Counted from the first letter of the stretch, positions 1 to 9,798 are shown. The stretch: DNA of 64,000 bases from Nanobdellota archaeon (GCA_021817165.1 JAKAVT010000002.1:43563-107562); one strand, 5' to 3'. Notes: generated by a model not told the origin, from the sequence alone. Program-made: numbers and translations.

Positions 1-1895
1 ATGTTCGGTACATCAAAGTGCCCTCCAGATACTGTTCCAGTCCTTTCAAATACCGTTCCATCCGGCAGGACCATCCTGTATTTGTTTATAAGTTCCTTCG
101 CAGAATCGAAATCCTTGACCAGCACCGTGTCTCCGAATACGAATTTCATCGCCTGCAAAAAGGCATCGTCAAAATCGACAAGGTTTATTATGTAATCGAC
201 TATCCTTGTGTCATCGATCTTTTCAAGATTATAGCTGCTCTTTACAGTGGTTAAAGGTACGAAGGTGTAAAAGCCAAGCTTTTCCTTTTTGAGTTTGTCT
301 ATGCACTGTCTGGCGGTTTCCTCGTTGTCTATAACTATGAAATCTCCCCTGCGGCCTATAGACCTAAGAACCGGTATGGAATACCCCTCATTCTTCAGCG
401 AAAAAAGTTCAGACACTGTACCGTGTATTCCGTTTATTTCCTTCTTGAGCCTGTTAACGATGTCTATTACCCTATTCTGAGAGGACAGAGCATTTCTCTG
501 GTTAAGCAGGTTTTCTCTCAGCAGATATATGGAATCGGCCTCCCGCTTTGCCTGTGTTTTCAGCCTGTCAATTTCCGGCTTTAACGCGGAGAAAGACAGC
601 GTCATCTCCTTTATCTCTTTTTCAACCTCGTTCCTACTTGATTCTAACTTGGTAAGATCTTCCTGCATTTCTGCGATCTTTGGATAGTTTGCCAGCGCAA
701 TCTTCTGTTCATATATCTTTTTGTCTGTATCATAGATCTTTTTTTCAAGCGTTTCCCTGGTTTTAATGTAATTCTGCGTCTTTGATTCGCTTTCTATCAA
801 TGAAATCTTCTTAGAATTCAATGCGGAGATCCGCTCTTCCAGTCTTTTCTTTTCCGCCTCTTCGGTTTTTATCTGCTGCTTCATGTCCTCCTGGGATCTT
901 GAAAGTTCCTCTATGGACAGAAGGATATTGTTAAGCTGCTCATTGTCGTTTTTAAGCACAGCATTCAGCCTTGCAAGTTCAGAATCGAACTCCTTTGTCT
1001 TGTTTTCTGCTTCTAGTATCTCCTTTTCGCCTTCGGCTTCTGCTTTTGTGTTTATAGTGTTTACTTCGTCGTTTATCTTTTTTGCTTTTTCGTTTAATGC
1101 CTCTATTTCTGACGAAAGGCTTTCATTTCCCTTCTCCGCTTCCTTAAGTTTTTCCAGGATGGCCTGCAATTCCAAATGTGCCTTGTCCCTTTTTATCATC
1201 GACTGCTTTGAGAGGAGAGAGGCCTGCCTGCCCTTAAGCTCCTGAAATTCTATGGCCCGCGTTTTCTCTTTTTCGAGCTGCGCCATTAATTTCTGCTTTT
1301 CATTAAGCACGGTACCTATCTTTGAGATGTTTTCTTCTACCTTTTTCATCTCGTTCATTGCCTTGCTTTTTTTATCCTCGAATACGCTTATTCCAGAGAT
1401 GTCGTTTATCAAACTGAGCCTGTCTTCATTGGAAGTGCCGACTACCTCCAGTATTCTGCCCTGTGAAATTATGTTGAACCCGTCCTGCCTGAATTTTACC
1501 AGCGACAGAACGTTCAAAACCTCCTCTCTGGTAGAAGCCTTTCCGTTTATTCTGTAAACGCTCTTTCCATTTTTGTCCACCTTCCTGCTTAAGGAAACCT
1601 CTTTTTCTTCGATTCCGTGGAAATCTCCCTTTGAATTGTCAAGAACAACGTTCACTTTTGCATTTTCTGCCTGCCTGCCGCTTTTTCCGCCGTTGAATAT
1701 AAGATCCGTAAGGACGTCAGACCGCATCTCTTTTTTTGACGATCCGCCAAAAACAAAAAGAAGCGCGTCGATTATGTTGCTTTTTCCGGAGCCGTTTGCA
1801 CCGGCTATGGCGTTGAAACCGTTTATAAAATCAAATTTCACGTGGCCTGCGAAGGATTTGAAATTATCGAGTTCTACTTGTTTTATATAAGTCAT
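1..1895 (-). CDS. smc: Chromosome segregation protein SMC (N-terminal head, coiled coil, start of hinge; runs off window edge)
   Basis: Not in the ORF track. Reverse strand from ATG at 1895 reads MTYIKQVELDNFKSFAGHVKFDFINGFNAIAGANGSGKSNIIDALLFVFG (SMC Walker A), then IISQGRI (Q-loop), a long coiled coil and hinge-like IHGTVSEL...LKQKRKAWLYT. Confidence 0.95.
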   Translation of the reverse strand, partial: MTYIKQVELDNFKSFAGHVKFDFINGFNAIAGANGSGKSNIIDALLFVFGGSSKKEMRSDVLTDLIFNGGKSGRQAENAKVNVVLDNSKGDFHGIEEKEVSLSRKVDKNGKSVYRINGKASTREEVLNVLSLVKFRQDGFNIISQGRILEVVGTSNEDRLSLINDISGISVFEDKKSKAMNEMKKVEENISKIGTVLNEKQKLMAQLEKEKTRAIEFQELKGRQASLLSKQSMIKRDKAHLELQAILEKLKEAEKGNESLSSEIEALNEKAKKINDEVNTINTKAEAEGEKEILEAENKTKEFDSELARLNAVLKNDNEQLNNILLSIEELSRSQEDMKQQIKTEEAEKKRLEERISALNSKKISLIESESKTQNYIKTRETLEKKIYDTDKKIYEQKIALANYPKIAEMQEDLTKLESSRNEVEKEIKEMTLSFSALKPEIDRLKTQAKREADSIYLLRENLLNQRNALSSQNRVIDIVNRLKKEINGIHGTVSELFSLKNEGYSIPVLRSIGRRGDFIVIDNEETARQCIDKLKKEKLGFYTFVPLTTVKSSYNLEKIDDTRIVDYIINLVDFDDAFLQAMKFVFGDTVLVKDFDSAKELINKYRMVLPDGTVFERTGTVSGGHFDVPN

Positions 1896-1957
1896 AATTA
1901 ACTATCTAAAAAAATTTTTAATATTAAATGCTAACTATTCTGCGGCTTTCTACAGGA

Positions 1958-2755
1958 TCAGTCAACCACGTGCGAAGATATGAGTTTTTTGATCCTTTCC
2001 GGAAGGTATTTTCCCTTTATGTGCAGCACCACTTCATTGCTTGGATGCGTTTCGCTTTCGTTTTCAGTAAATATGAATATTTCGTTGCCGTCCACTATTA
2101 CGAACCTTCCTATGTCTAGGTCTGTTTTGTTGAGCTTACCAAACTGTTTTATCTCGTTCATCAACGTCTCGTTAACGTCTTTTACCGGTGCATAAACGTG
2201 TACGGTCACATTGTTGGCTTTGGCCTTTTTAAGCGCCCTTCCGAGAGCACTTATCTTCTTTTCCAATGACTGTTCGGTTGTAATCAAAACTATCTCCCCT
2301 TTCGCTGAGCCTATGCTTTTCTTTATCCTAAAATATATATTGTCCAGGCCCTGATAGGAGTTCGCCACCTTCCCTTCATCTACATATTTTATCCCTTTGT
2401 TATACAGATTTTGAAGATCGCTAAGCATTGCGCTATCCTTTAGCTTGCTCAGCTTTTCCACTCTCTGCTCAAGGGATTCCTTTGCCTTTTCTTCAAGCTT
2501 TTCTATTAGCTCCTGTGGCGGTATCGCCCTGTAGCTTATCGGTTTGCTTAAATCCCTGACTATGAAACCGCCGTTTTCCAATGAAACTAGTATGTCGTAG
2601 GCTCTTGATTTTGGTATGTTCGCTATCTCGCTCAATTTACCGGAAGTGGATTTTCCCTGTGAAAGCAAGGCCAGCCATACTTTTGCTTCGTATAGGTTCA
2701 AGCCGAACATCCTTCTTATTTTAGCTATATAATCTTCACTAAACGACAATGCCAT
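1958..2755 (-). CDS. TrmB family transcriptional regulator
   Basis: FGLNLYEAKVWLALL...SEIANIPKSRAYDILVSLENGGF wHTH, then a C-terminal effector domain (RFVIVDGNE); SD-like AGGTGA upstream. Confidence 0.9.
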   Translation of the reverse strand: MALSFSEDYIAKIRRMFGLNLYEAKVWLALLSQGKSTSGKLSEIANIPKSRAYDILVSLENGGFIVRDLSKPISYRAIPPQELIEKLEEKAKESLEQRVEKLSKLKDSAMLSDLQNLYNKGIKYVDEGKVANSYQGLDNIYFRIKKSIGSAKGEIVLITTEQSLEKKISALGRALKKAKANNVTVHVYAPVKDVNETLMNEIKQFGKLNKTDLDIGRFVIVDGNEIFIFTENESETHPSNEVVLHIKGKYLPERIKKLISSHVVD

Positions 2756-2853
2756 AATGAATCACCTACACAGTATTTAGCAATAAACAAGTATATAAAT
2801 CTTTCTTTTTCACCGAAAATAAAAGTAAAAAAATAAAAAAATTAAAGTAATCT

Positions 2854-3114
2854 TTATACTTTTGCCTTAAATACCCACATCGCAAAGGAAAACACGATTA
2901 TTCCTATTATTACCTCGAATAATGGGTAGATATAAGACGATGGTGCCGTCGTGACGGTCTTGTAGAAATACCCGCTAAGAACCGCTGACGAAAGGATAGA
3001 AGTCAAGCCAAACACTATAAGGACTACTCCCAATCCGAATAGGATTAAGCCAATTACTGCATCGACTATCCTTTTTTCCTCGTCGACAAACTTTAAACTG
3101 TCTTTCGCTTTCAT
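2854..3114 (-). CDS. Small membrane protein (2 TM), unknown function
   Basis: Two hydrophobic segments; fills the gap between AT-rich spacers. Confidence 0.7.
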   Translation of the reverse strand: MKAKDSLKFVDEEKRIVDAVIGLILFGLGVVLIVFGLTSILSSAVLSGYFYKTVTTAPSSYIYPLFEVIIGIIVFSFAMWVFKAKV

Positions 3115-3209
3115 AATACGTTTAAGTTTTTGTTATTTAAAAGCTTTTTTACGCTTTAGAATCCAAAAGTATTACTTAACAATAAATACTTTAAAAGCAT
3201 AATAAGGAT

Positions 3210-3752
3210 ATGGAAGAAGAGAAGTGCGTCTTCTGCATGATAGCCAGCAAGAAAGTGCCTGCAAAAGAGGTGTACGAAGACCAGATGATAATGGGAGTAC
3301 TGGACATCAATCCGGCTTCCAAAGGCCACGTGATAATGATACCTAAAAAGCACTACAACAACATCTACGAAATACCCCAGGATGAGTTTCTGCAGTATGT
3401 AAGCGTCGCGAGAGCCGTAGGCTATGCAATATTGCTGTCACTCGCTCCCAACAACGTGGAAATGCTCTATACAAAGGAGCTTACCAAGGGCAGCATAACA
3501 CCGCATGCCTTGATACATCTCATACCTAGATACAACGATGACACGATAAACCACGTATGGCAGCCGCAGAAAATGGAGGAAAGCGACTTTGTTGCGATTG
3601 AAAATGCGATAAAATCGGCCATAGAGAAGGTTAAGGCGGCGGAAACGCAGAAACCTGCAAAGCCTGCAGTGGAGGAGCAGAAAAAACCGGAAAACGGGGT
3701 AAAAGAGGTCAAGCCGCAGATAAACATATCAAGAAAAGTGGTAGTATTCTAG
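3210..3752 (+). CDS. HIT family protein with degenerate histidine triad
   Basis: CVFCMI, LDINPASKGH.IMIPKKH; the triad reads HALIH instead of HxHxH; low-complexity C-terminal tail. Confidence 0.9.
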   Translation: MEEEKCVFCMIASKKVPAKEVYEDQMIMGVLDINPASKGHVIMIPKKHYNNIYEIPQDEFLQYVSVARAVGYAILLSLAPNNVEMLYTKELTKGSITPHALIHLIPRYNDDTINHVWQPQKMEESDFVAIENAIKSAIEKVKAAETQKPAKPAVEEQKKPENGVKEVKPQINISRKVVVF

Positions 3753-4282
3753 TTTCCCTGATATTCTACAGTCTTTGTGTCTTCCTTCTTTATTTCTTCC
3801 TGTATGGTGTCTTTTATTTCCTTAAACTCTTTCTTATCCACGTCGAAATAATCGTAGAACGAAGGGGTTATCCGTATTACCTTTCTTCCGTCCTCTACTG
3901 CCGTTGAGACCAGTCCCCTGGACTGAAGTTCTTTGATGTGCTGGTATGAAACGCTGCCCCTCTTTTTCACAAGATCGCTTTGCTTTATTTTACCGTTCAG
4001 CACTATCAAACTCAGAGTCATCAACACTCCCTTGCTCATGTCGGTTCTCAGCGTGTCCTGCACCAGATGAAGAAGATCGCTTCTCAGCCTCATCCTGTAC
4101 AAATTGCCCTCCGTCAATATGTAGAAGGCGCTTTTTCTTTCATCGTAGGATTTATTAAGCGAATTGATTGCTTTTTTGATTATTATCGGGTCGGACTTGG
4201 TCCTTTTCACGATTTCTTCAAGGCTTATGCCGTCTCCGAAAGAAAATACGAGTGCTTCAACATATTCGTTTATCTTTACCAT
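3749..4282 (-). CDS. scpB: SMC-Scp complex subunit ScpB
   Basis: VEALVFSFGDGISLEE, LMTLSLI, LVKKRGSVSYQHIKEL, TPSFYDYF match the ScpB tandem wHTH; adjacent to scpA. Confidence 0.9.
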   Translation of the reverse strand: MVKINEYVEALVFSFGDGISLEEIVKRTKSDPIIIKKAINSLNKSYDERKSAFYILTEGNLYRMRLRSDLLHLVQDTLRTDMSKGVLMTLSLIVLNGKIKQSDLVKKRGSVSYQHIKELQSRGLVSTAVEDGRKVIRITPSFYDYFDVDKKEFKEIKDTIQEEIKKEDTKTVEYQGN

Positions 4283-4338
4283 GGTATATAATAATAATTG
4301 CAGTTGGTTATTTTAAATGTTCGCAGCAGAATATGCTT

Positions 4339-5004
4339 TTAACCCTTCACCCTGCTCCTTATGTATATCTCTTTGAACGGCTCCTCCTGTGATATCTCCA
4401 CCTTGTTCATGTTTGATATGAATAGAAGCGGAAGCAAAGTATATATCACTTCTTTTCTGTCGTTCTTTTTTGATATTAACTCAGAAAAAAGAACTATCTC
4501 CTTTGCCCCAAAAAGCTTGGCCAACTTTTCAACGAGCAGCCTTATTCTGTCCTCTATTTTTACTTCCTTTAATTTTAAGTCAAAGTTTATCTTCTGCTTC
4601 GTACTATAGCGCATGGCGTCTCTTATCGTGTTTATCAGTTCCGTCAGCGTTATCTTCCTGCTCCTGAAAAGCGGCAGCTTTGACGTAACGGCTATGTCAA
4701 AAGGCACCGCTTTTATGTACCTCTGCTGGCTTTCCTTTTCTTTCTTACGATTGAGTTCGAGCATTTCCTCCACCACAGTGTCGGATTTCATCTTCAGCAA
4801 TATCGCCGCCGTGTATACGAATTTCCCGCCGAACCTGAAATCTATCTGGCTTATTTTTGATATCAAAGCGGCGAACCTGTCCGCTATTTTTATGAGGTCT
4901 ATGTCCATCGGATCCATCCCCTCATCTCTTATTATCGTCGTTATAAGATGCTCCCATCCGAGCTCGTCGTTCAGAATAAGCCGGTATATTTCTTCGTGAT
5001 CCAT
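4339..5004 (-). CDS. scpA: Segregation and condensation protein ScpA (kleisin)
   Basis: MDPMDIDLIKIADRF, AAILLKMKS, ITLTELI, LLPLLF...ISQEEPFKEIYI are kleisin N- and C-terminal motifs. Confidence 0.9.
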   Translation of the reverse strand: MDHEEIYRLILNDELGWEHLITTIIRDEGMDPMDIDLIKIADRFAALISKISQIDFRFGGKFVYTAAILLKMKSDTVVEEMLELNRKKEKESQQRYIKAVPFDIAVTSKLPLFRSRKITLTELINTIRDAMRYSTKQKINFDLKLKEVKIEDRIRLLVEKLAKLFGAKEIVLFSELISKKNDRKEVIYTLLPLLFISNMNKVEISQEEPFKEIYIRSRVKG

Positions 5005-5005
5005 C

Positions 5006-7291
5006 TCAACCGAAATAATTCAGCTCCTTTGCCTTTTCTTTTCTACTGTAAAGTTTCTTCGCCATTTCTTCGTATTTCTTCGTGTCTTCCGGCGTCAAGC
5101 TCGGTCTTACCAAGTCCAGAGCTTTTTCAAAGTCGTCTCTAGTTACCTTGCTTGCAGAGATGTTGTTTCTAAGAGCATTCATCCCCGCTTCCTTCGCAAG
5201 CCTTTCTATGTCTGACCCAACGTAGCCTTCCGTTTTTTTCACAAGGAACTCTATAAGCTCTTCTTTGCCTTCCTCTATCGGCATTTTGTTTAAATATACT
5301 TTGAGTATCTCCCTCCTTCCATTTTCATCAGGAGGAGGAACGAACACTATATTGTCAAACCTTCCGGTCCTTAATATCGCCGAATCCACCTTGTCTACTC
5401 TGTTTGTCGCTCCTATTACGATCACATTTTTAAGAGGCTCTATGCCGTCCAATTCGGTAAGCAATTGGTTTACGACCTGCTCGGTCGCGTTGTTTCCTTC
5501 GTAGTTGGACCTTGAAGAGGCTATGCTGTCCAATTCATCTATGAATATTATTGACGGAGAAACCTGCCTTGCCTTGTCAAATATCTCCCTTACCCTCTTC
5601 TCGCTTTCTCCTACGTACTTGTTGTATATTTCCGGCCCCTTTATCGCAATGAAATTCGATTCGGTTTCATGCGCTACGGCTCTTGCAAGCAATGTCTTTC
5701 CCGTACCCGGCGGACCGTAAAGCAGTATCCCTTTTGGAGGGGTTATGCCTATCTTTCTAAATGAATCGGGGTGCTTCAAAGGCCATTCTATCGCTTCTTT
5801 AAGTTGGGCTTTGACCTGATCCAAACCTCCCACATCCTCCCATCCAACGCTGGGCCTTTCAACCAGAACCTCACGCATTGCGCTTGGCCTGACGAACCTT
5901 AACGCTTCCCTGAAATCATCCATCGTTACTATCAATTTTTCAAGTACGGTCTTTGGTATGTTTTCCCCTTCCTTTACGTTCAACTCGTTTATATTTCTCC
6001 TTATGACGTTCATCGCCGCTTCCTTTATCAGCGACTCTATGTCCGCTCCGACGAAGCCGTGCGTTATCTTCGATATGTAGTTAAGATCAACGTTTTTGTC
6101 CAAAGGCATGTTTCTTGTGTGGATGTTCAGTATCTCCAGCCTTCCTTTCTCGTTTGGCACGCCGAACATTATCTCCCTGTCAAACCTTCCAGGTCTACGC
6201 AGTGCAGGATCTATCGCGTTAGGTCTGTTTGTAGCAGCTATTACTATCACTTTGCCCCTGCTCTTGAGACCATCCATCAAGGTAAGAAGCTGCGAAACGA
6301 CCCTATGCTCGACTTCTCCAATGCTTTCCTCCCTCTTTGTCGCTATCGCATCTATCTCGTCTATGAATATTATTGAAGGGGCATTCTTCTCCGCTTCATC
6401 GAATATCTCCCTTAATTTCTTTTCGGCGTCACCGACCCACTTGCTCATTACTTCCGGGCCGTTTATCGTTATAAAATGCGCATCGCTTTCATCCGCTACG
6501 GCTCTTGCAAGCAATGTCTTTCCCGTACCTGGCGGACCGTAAAGCAAAACGCCCCTTGGCGGAGTTATCCCCAGCCTCATAAATATCTCTGGGTGCTTCA
6601 ACGGCATCTCAACCATCTCTCTTATCTTTGAAACTTCGTCCGACAATCCGCCGACATCTTCGTAGCTTACGTGCTTTACTCTTGACTCCTCGGAAAGTTT
6701 GACCGGTTCCGGAGAAATGTTTATATCAGTGTTTTCAGTTATTACAACGAAGCCCTTAGGTGAAGTCGAAGTAACCAGAAAGCGAAGCTCCGAGAAACCG
6801 AACTGGAAGGACGGAAAGGCAGTGTTCTCAAATATACCCATTATATCATCTCCGAAAAACGAGGCAAATGAGCTCCTGCCTCCGCTGCCAAGCGTTATTA
6901 TATCCCCTTTTGAGACTGCCCTGTCAAGCAGCAATCTCCCTATTACATTTTCCGCACCGCGTATCGATATAGTAGACAAAGGGGAAAGATTAACGACATC
7001 CGCTTCGTAAATTTCGGCTTTCCTTACTATCACGTTCTCTCCTATGGCCGCCTTTGCATTCTTTCTGGTAGTACCGTCCATTCTTATTATGTTCAAACCT
7101 AAATCACCCGGGTGCGCCCTGTCCACTTTCGCGACTGTCTTTCTATTCCCCTCTATCTCTACGAAATCTCCAGGCCTCACTCCTATCTGTTTCATCCATG
7201 CCGTGCCCACTCTTACGGAATTCTGCCCTATGTCGTCCTGCTGCGCTTCCGCAACCTTTAAGCTTATTTCTATCTTGTTATCCTCTTCCAT
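5006..7291 (-). CDS. cdc48: CDC48/VCP-like AAA+ ATPase
   Basis: N domain plus two AAA modules (GPPGTGKT twice, IIFIDE twice, ALRRPGRFD / AILRTGRFD); ends in YFG; SD AGGAGG upstream. Confidence 0.97.
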   Translation of the reverse strand: MEEDNKIEISLKVAEAQQDDIGQNSVRVGTAWMKQIGVRPGDFVEIEGNRKTVAKVDRAHPGDLGLNIIRMDGTTRKNAKAAIGENVIVRKAEIYEADVVNLSPLSTISIRGAENVIGRLLLDRAVSKGDIITLGSGGRSSFASFFGDDIMGIFENTAFPSFQFGFSELRFLVTSTSPKGFVVITENTDINISPEPVKLSEESRVKHVSYEDVGGLSDEVSKIREMVEMPLKHPEIFMRLGITPPRGVLLYGPPGTGKTLLARAVADESDAHFITINGPEVMSKWVGDAEKKLREIFDEAEKNAPSIIFIDEIDAIATKREESIGEVEHRVVSQLLTLMDGLKSRGKVIVIAATNRPNAIDPALRRPGRFDREIMFGVPNEKGRLEILNIHTRNMPLDKNVDLNYISKITHGFVGADIESLIKEAAMNVIRRNINELNVKEGENIPKTVLEKLIVTMDDFREALRFVRPSAMREVLVERPSVGWEDVGGLDQVKAQLKEAIEWPLKHPDSFRKIGITPPKGILLYGPPGTGKTLLARAVAHETESNFIAIKGPEIYNKYVGESEKRVREIFDKARQVSPSIIFIDELDSIASSRSNYEGNNATEQVVNQLLTELDGIEPLKNVIVIGATNRVDKVDSAILRTGRFDNIVFVPPPDENGRREILKVYLNKMPIEEGKEELIEFLVKKTEGYVGSDIERLAKEAGMNALRNNISASKVTRDDFEKALDLVRPSLTPEDTKKYEEMAKKLYSRKEKAKELNYFG

Positions 7292-7295
7292 TTTA

Positions 7296-7799
7296 TCAAC
7301 CTCCTAAGACGAATACTCTCTTTTTCAGGTATTCAACGTTCCATTTCTTTATGAAATTCTCTGCATTCCTCTCATTAGCCGAAGGCACAAATATGGCACT
7401 TTTAGTAAGCCTGCCTCCTCCTAATGTCTGCAATAAGCCTTCTTTTCCCCTTCTTCCAAGCAATGCATAATTAAAAAGCATCTTTCTGCTCTGCTCTAAT
7501 TTTGTAAGATCGTAGAATATTTCGGTTATCTCGTTAAAGCCCAATTTATTGAAGAACGGCTCGTTGTCAAAAACGCTCACTGCGTCCATTAGCTGCGAAA
7601 ACATCTTCCTCTGCATCATTTCCATTACGTCCAGGAATTCAACGTCTTTTCCGAAAACCTTTTCCACCTTCTCTTCATTGCCTTTGCTGTCATCTTTAAG
7701 TATAATATAAAGTTTGTTATCTTTCTTTATGGCATCAAAAAGGCAGTCAATTATGTCATCCGGGATAGAGTCTATTTCCATATGTTTACGATAAACCAT
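7296..7799 (-). CDS. Hypothetical protein; possible degenerate nucleotidyltransferase-like N-terminus and Cas2/VapD-like C-terminus
   Basis: First gene of the cdc48 run (4-nt gap); C-terminal IFYDL...LGGGRLTKSAIFVP pattern. The confidence refers to the CDS; the fold call is tentative. Confidence 0.7.
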   Translation of the reverse strand: MVYRKHMEIDSIPDDIIDCLFDAIKKDNKLYIILKDDSKGNEEKVEKVFGKDVEFLDVMEMMQRKMFSQLMDAVSVFDNEPFFNKLGFNEITEIFYDLTKLEQSRKMLFNYALLGRRGKEGLLQTLGGGRLTKSAIFVPSANERNAENFIKKWNVEYLKKRVFVLGG

Positions 7800-7945
7800 A
7801 TGAATGAACTAATATAAATAACTTTCTATTTTACAGCCCTTTTTAAATCTTTCCTTTTTAAAAAATCCAAAAAAAACAAATTTTTGTTTTGGATCAATTA
7901 CCAAAAAACAGCAAAGCTTAAAAATAGAAAAAAACGTAAAATGCT

Positions 7946-8179
7946 ATGGTAATTGCAACAGATGCAGGCGCTCTATATGCGATAGCCGCAGCAATAGCAA
8001 TAGCAGGGGGTTTAGTAGGTACTGGAATGGCACAGCAAGGGATAGGTGCTGCTGGTATGGGAATAATCGCTGAAAAGCCGGAGAAATTCGGACAGGTACT
8101 TTTCTTCTTCGTAATCCCTGAAACACTGTGGATAATAGGTTTCGTGCTGGGATTGATATTGCTGTTACAGATACTGTGA
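7946..8179 (+). CDS. atpK: A/V-type ATP synthase subunit K (c, proteolipid)
   Basis: Single hairpin, GxGxAGxG-like GIGAAGMG, loop AEKPE, ion-binding IPET. Confidence 0.95.
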   Translation: MVIATDAGALYAIAAAIAIAGGLVGTGMAQQGIGAAGMGIIAEKPEKFGQVLFFFVIPETLWIIGFVLGLILLLQIL

Positions 8180-8195
8180 GGCATAGCATTATTAT

Positions 8196-8756
8196 ATGAG
8201 TCTTGAGAAGATAGCGGAACACATAGAGAAAGAAACAGATACTAAGGTAAAAAAAATAGTCATAGAAGCGCAGCTCAAGGCAAATGAATCGGCAAAGGAA
8301 GCTGACAAAAAAGCCGGAGAAATCATAAAAGAAGCCAAAGAAAAAACAAAAGAACTTGCCGCTGAAAAAGAAGCTATAGAAAACGCAAAGACGCACGTGG
8401 AAAAGAACCAGGTGATAAAGAAGGCGGTCAGCGATGCATTTAAGGAAAGCATGAACAACCTTTATCTGGCGGAGGAAAAATTCAGCAAAAGCGCAGAATA
8501 TGAAAAATTGATGTCAATACTCATAAAAGAAGCAAAAAAAAGGATGGGAGAAAACGCGGTGCTTTTCATGAACAAAGAAGACCTGCAGACTTTCGGCAAA
8601 AAGGAAAAAAACGCAAAGCAAATGAAAAAAAAGGCGTTTGGAGTTTATGCAGAATCTCCTGACGGAAAGTTCTCCATAGACTTGTCACTAGACAAAGTAA
8701 TACAATCGCTTGAAGAAAAAATCGCAAAAAGAGTAATTGAAAAGCTGGAGAAATAA
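8196..8756 (+). CDS. atpE: A/V-type ATP synthase subunit E
   Basis: MSLEKI start, charged coiled coil, C-terminal SPDGKFSIDLSL; operon position. Confidence 0.85.
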   Translation: MSLEKIAEHIEKETDTKVKKIVIEAQLKANESAKEADKKAGEIIKEAKEKTKELAAEKEAIENAKTHVEKNQVIKKAVSDAFKESMNNLYLAEEKFSKSAEYEKLMSILIKEAKKRMGENAVLFMNKEDLQTFGKKEKNAKQMKKKAFGVYAESPDGKFSIDLSLDKVIQSLEEKIAKRVIEKLEK

Positions 8757-8757
8757 A

Positions 8758-9798
8758 ATGGATTCTACATATGCTGGCGCTTACGGACACGTTAAAGCAT
8801 TGTATCTTAATCTTCTAAAAAAAGACGAGATAGACCGAATAAAGGAAACAAAGAAGGAGGAATTTCTAAACGTGCTTTCTTCTACTTCCTACAAAAACGA
8901 AATTGATCAGTTCTACAACCAGTTCAAGGAGCCAGACATAATAGACGTTGTAGTAAACACGCATTTTTTAAACAACTGCAATTCTGCGATGGGAGTACTG
9001 CCAAGCATTGGAAAGCCGCTGATAAGAAGCTATCTTTCAAAAATAGATATACAGAACATAAAACTTATACTTGCGGCAAAGCTCATAGGAAGAAACGTGG
9101 AAATGACTGAGAACCTGCTTACAATAGGTAGAAGCTTTCCGCTTGGGTTCTCAAGTCCATTGATAAGCAAGGAAGAATACAGAAACATAATAGAGCAGAA
9201 GGATACGGTGGAAGTCATAAATTACCTTACTAGATACAGTTACGGCAGGGTTTTGCTTCCTTTTTCAGTGTCGGCGGAATTAAGCAGGGACGTTTCCGGG
9301 ATGGCATTAGCATTGGACGTAGACTATTACAATGAACTTCTGAGAAACTTTAAGTTCTACAATGGAAACGAGGGCCCAGTCCTGAGATTCATACAGGGGC
9401 TGATAGACTTAAGGAATATAATAACGGTTATAAAGGAGATAGAGCTCAGAAAGCCGGCAAAGGAGCTTTTGATTAACGGAGGTTCTATAAGCGTTGACAA
9501 GCTAAGCGACATGACAAAGATGAGCATAGAAGATTTTATAAAAGACCTGCCTTACGATTTAAACGAAGCCCTGCAGCTTTATAAGGAAGACGGACTCATC
9601 GCCAACTTCGAAGTTGAATTAAAGAGAATAGTACACGACAAATACCTTCCAATATTCAGGGCAAACGCGCTTTCGGTGGCAGCCGTGCTTTCGTTCATAA
9701 TAAGCGCTGAGATAGAAAAAGACACGATAAGACTGAGTTGGTTTAAAAAATATTACGATATAGAAAAGAAAATTGTAGATATAGGATATGGAATTTAA
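8758..9798 (+). CDS. atpC: A/V-type ATP synthase subunit C
   Basis: YAGAYGHVKA, IDIQNIKLIL, IDLRNIIT. Start moved to ATG 8758, just after the atpE stop. Confidence 0.88.
   Translation: MDSTYAGAYGHVKALYLNLLKKDEIDRIKETKKEEFLNVLSSTSYKNEIDQFYNQFKEPDIIDVVVNTHFLNNCNSAMGVLPSIGKPLIRSYLSKIDIQNIKLILAAKLIGRNVEMTENLLTIGRSFPLGFSSPLISKEEYRNIIEQKDTVEVINYLTRYSYGRVLLPFSVSAELSRDVSGMALALDVDYYNELLRNFKFYNGNEGPVLRFIQGLIDLRNIITVIKEIELRKPAKELLINGGSISVDKLSDMTKMSIEDFIKDLPYDLNEALQLYKEDGLIANFEVELKRIVHDKYLPIFRANALSVAAVLSFIISAEIEKDTIRLSWFKKYYDIEKKIVDIGYGI

Noticed and set aside
1-1890. Plus-strand ORFs at 1-195, 18-254, 289-480, 883-1245, 1252-1557 and 1573-1890
   Set aside because: Antisense shadows of smc. Their S/F/L-rich composition mirrors E/K-rich coding on the other strand. 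The same applies to most short antisense ORFs in the track, such as 48588-49283 and 14261-14875.
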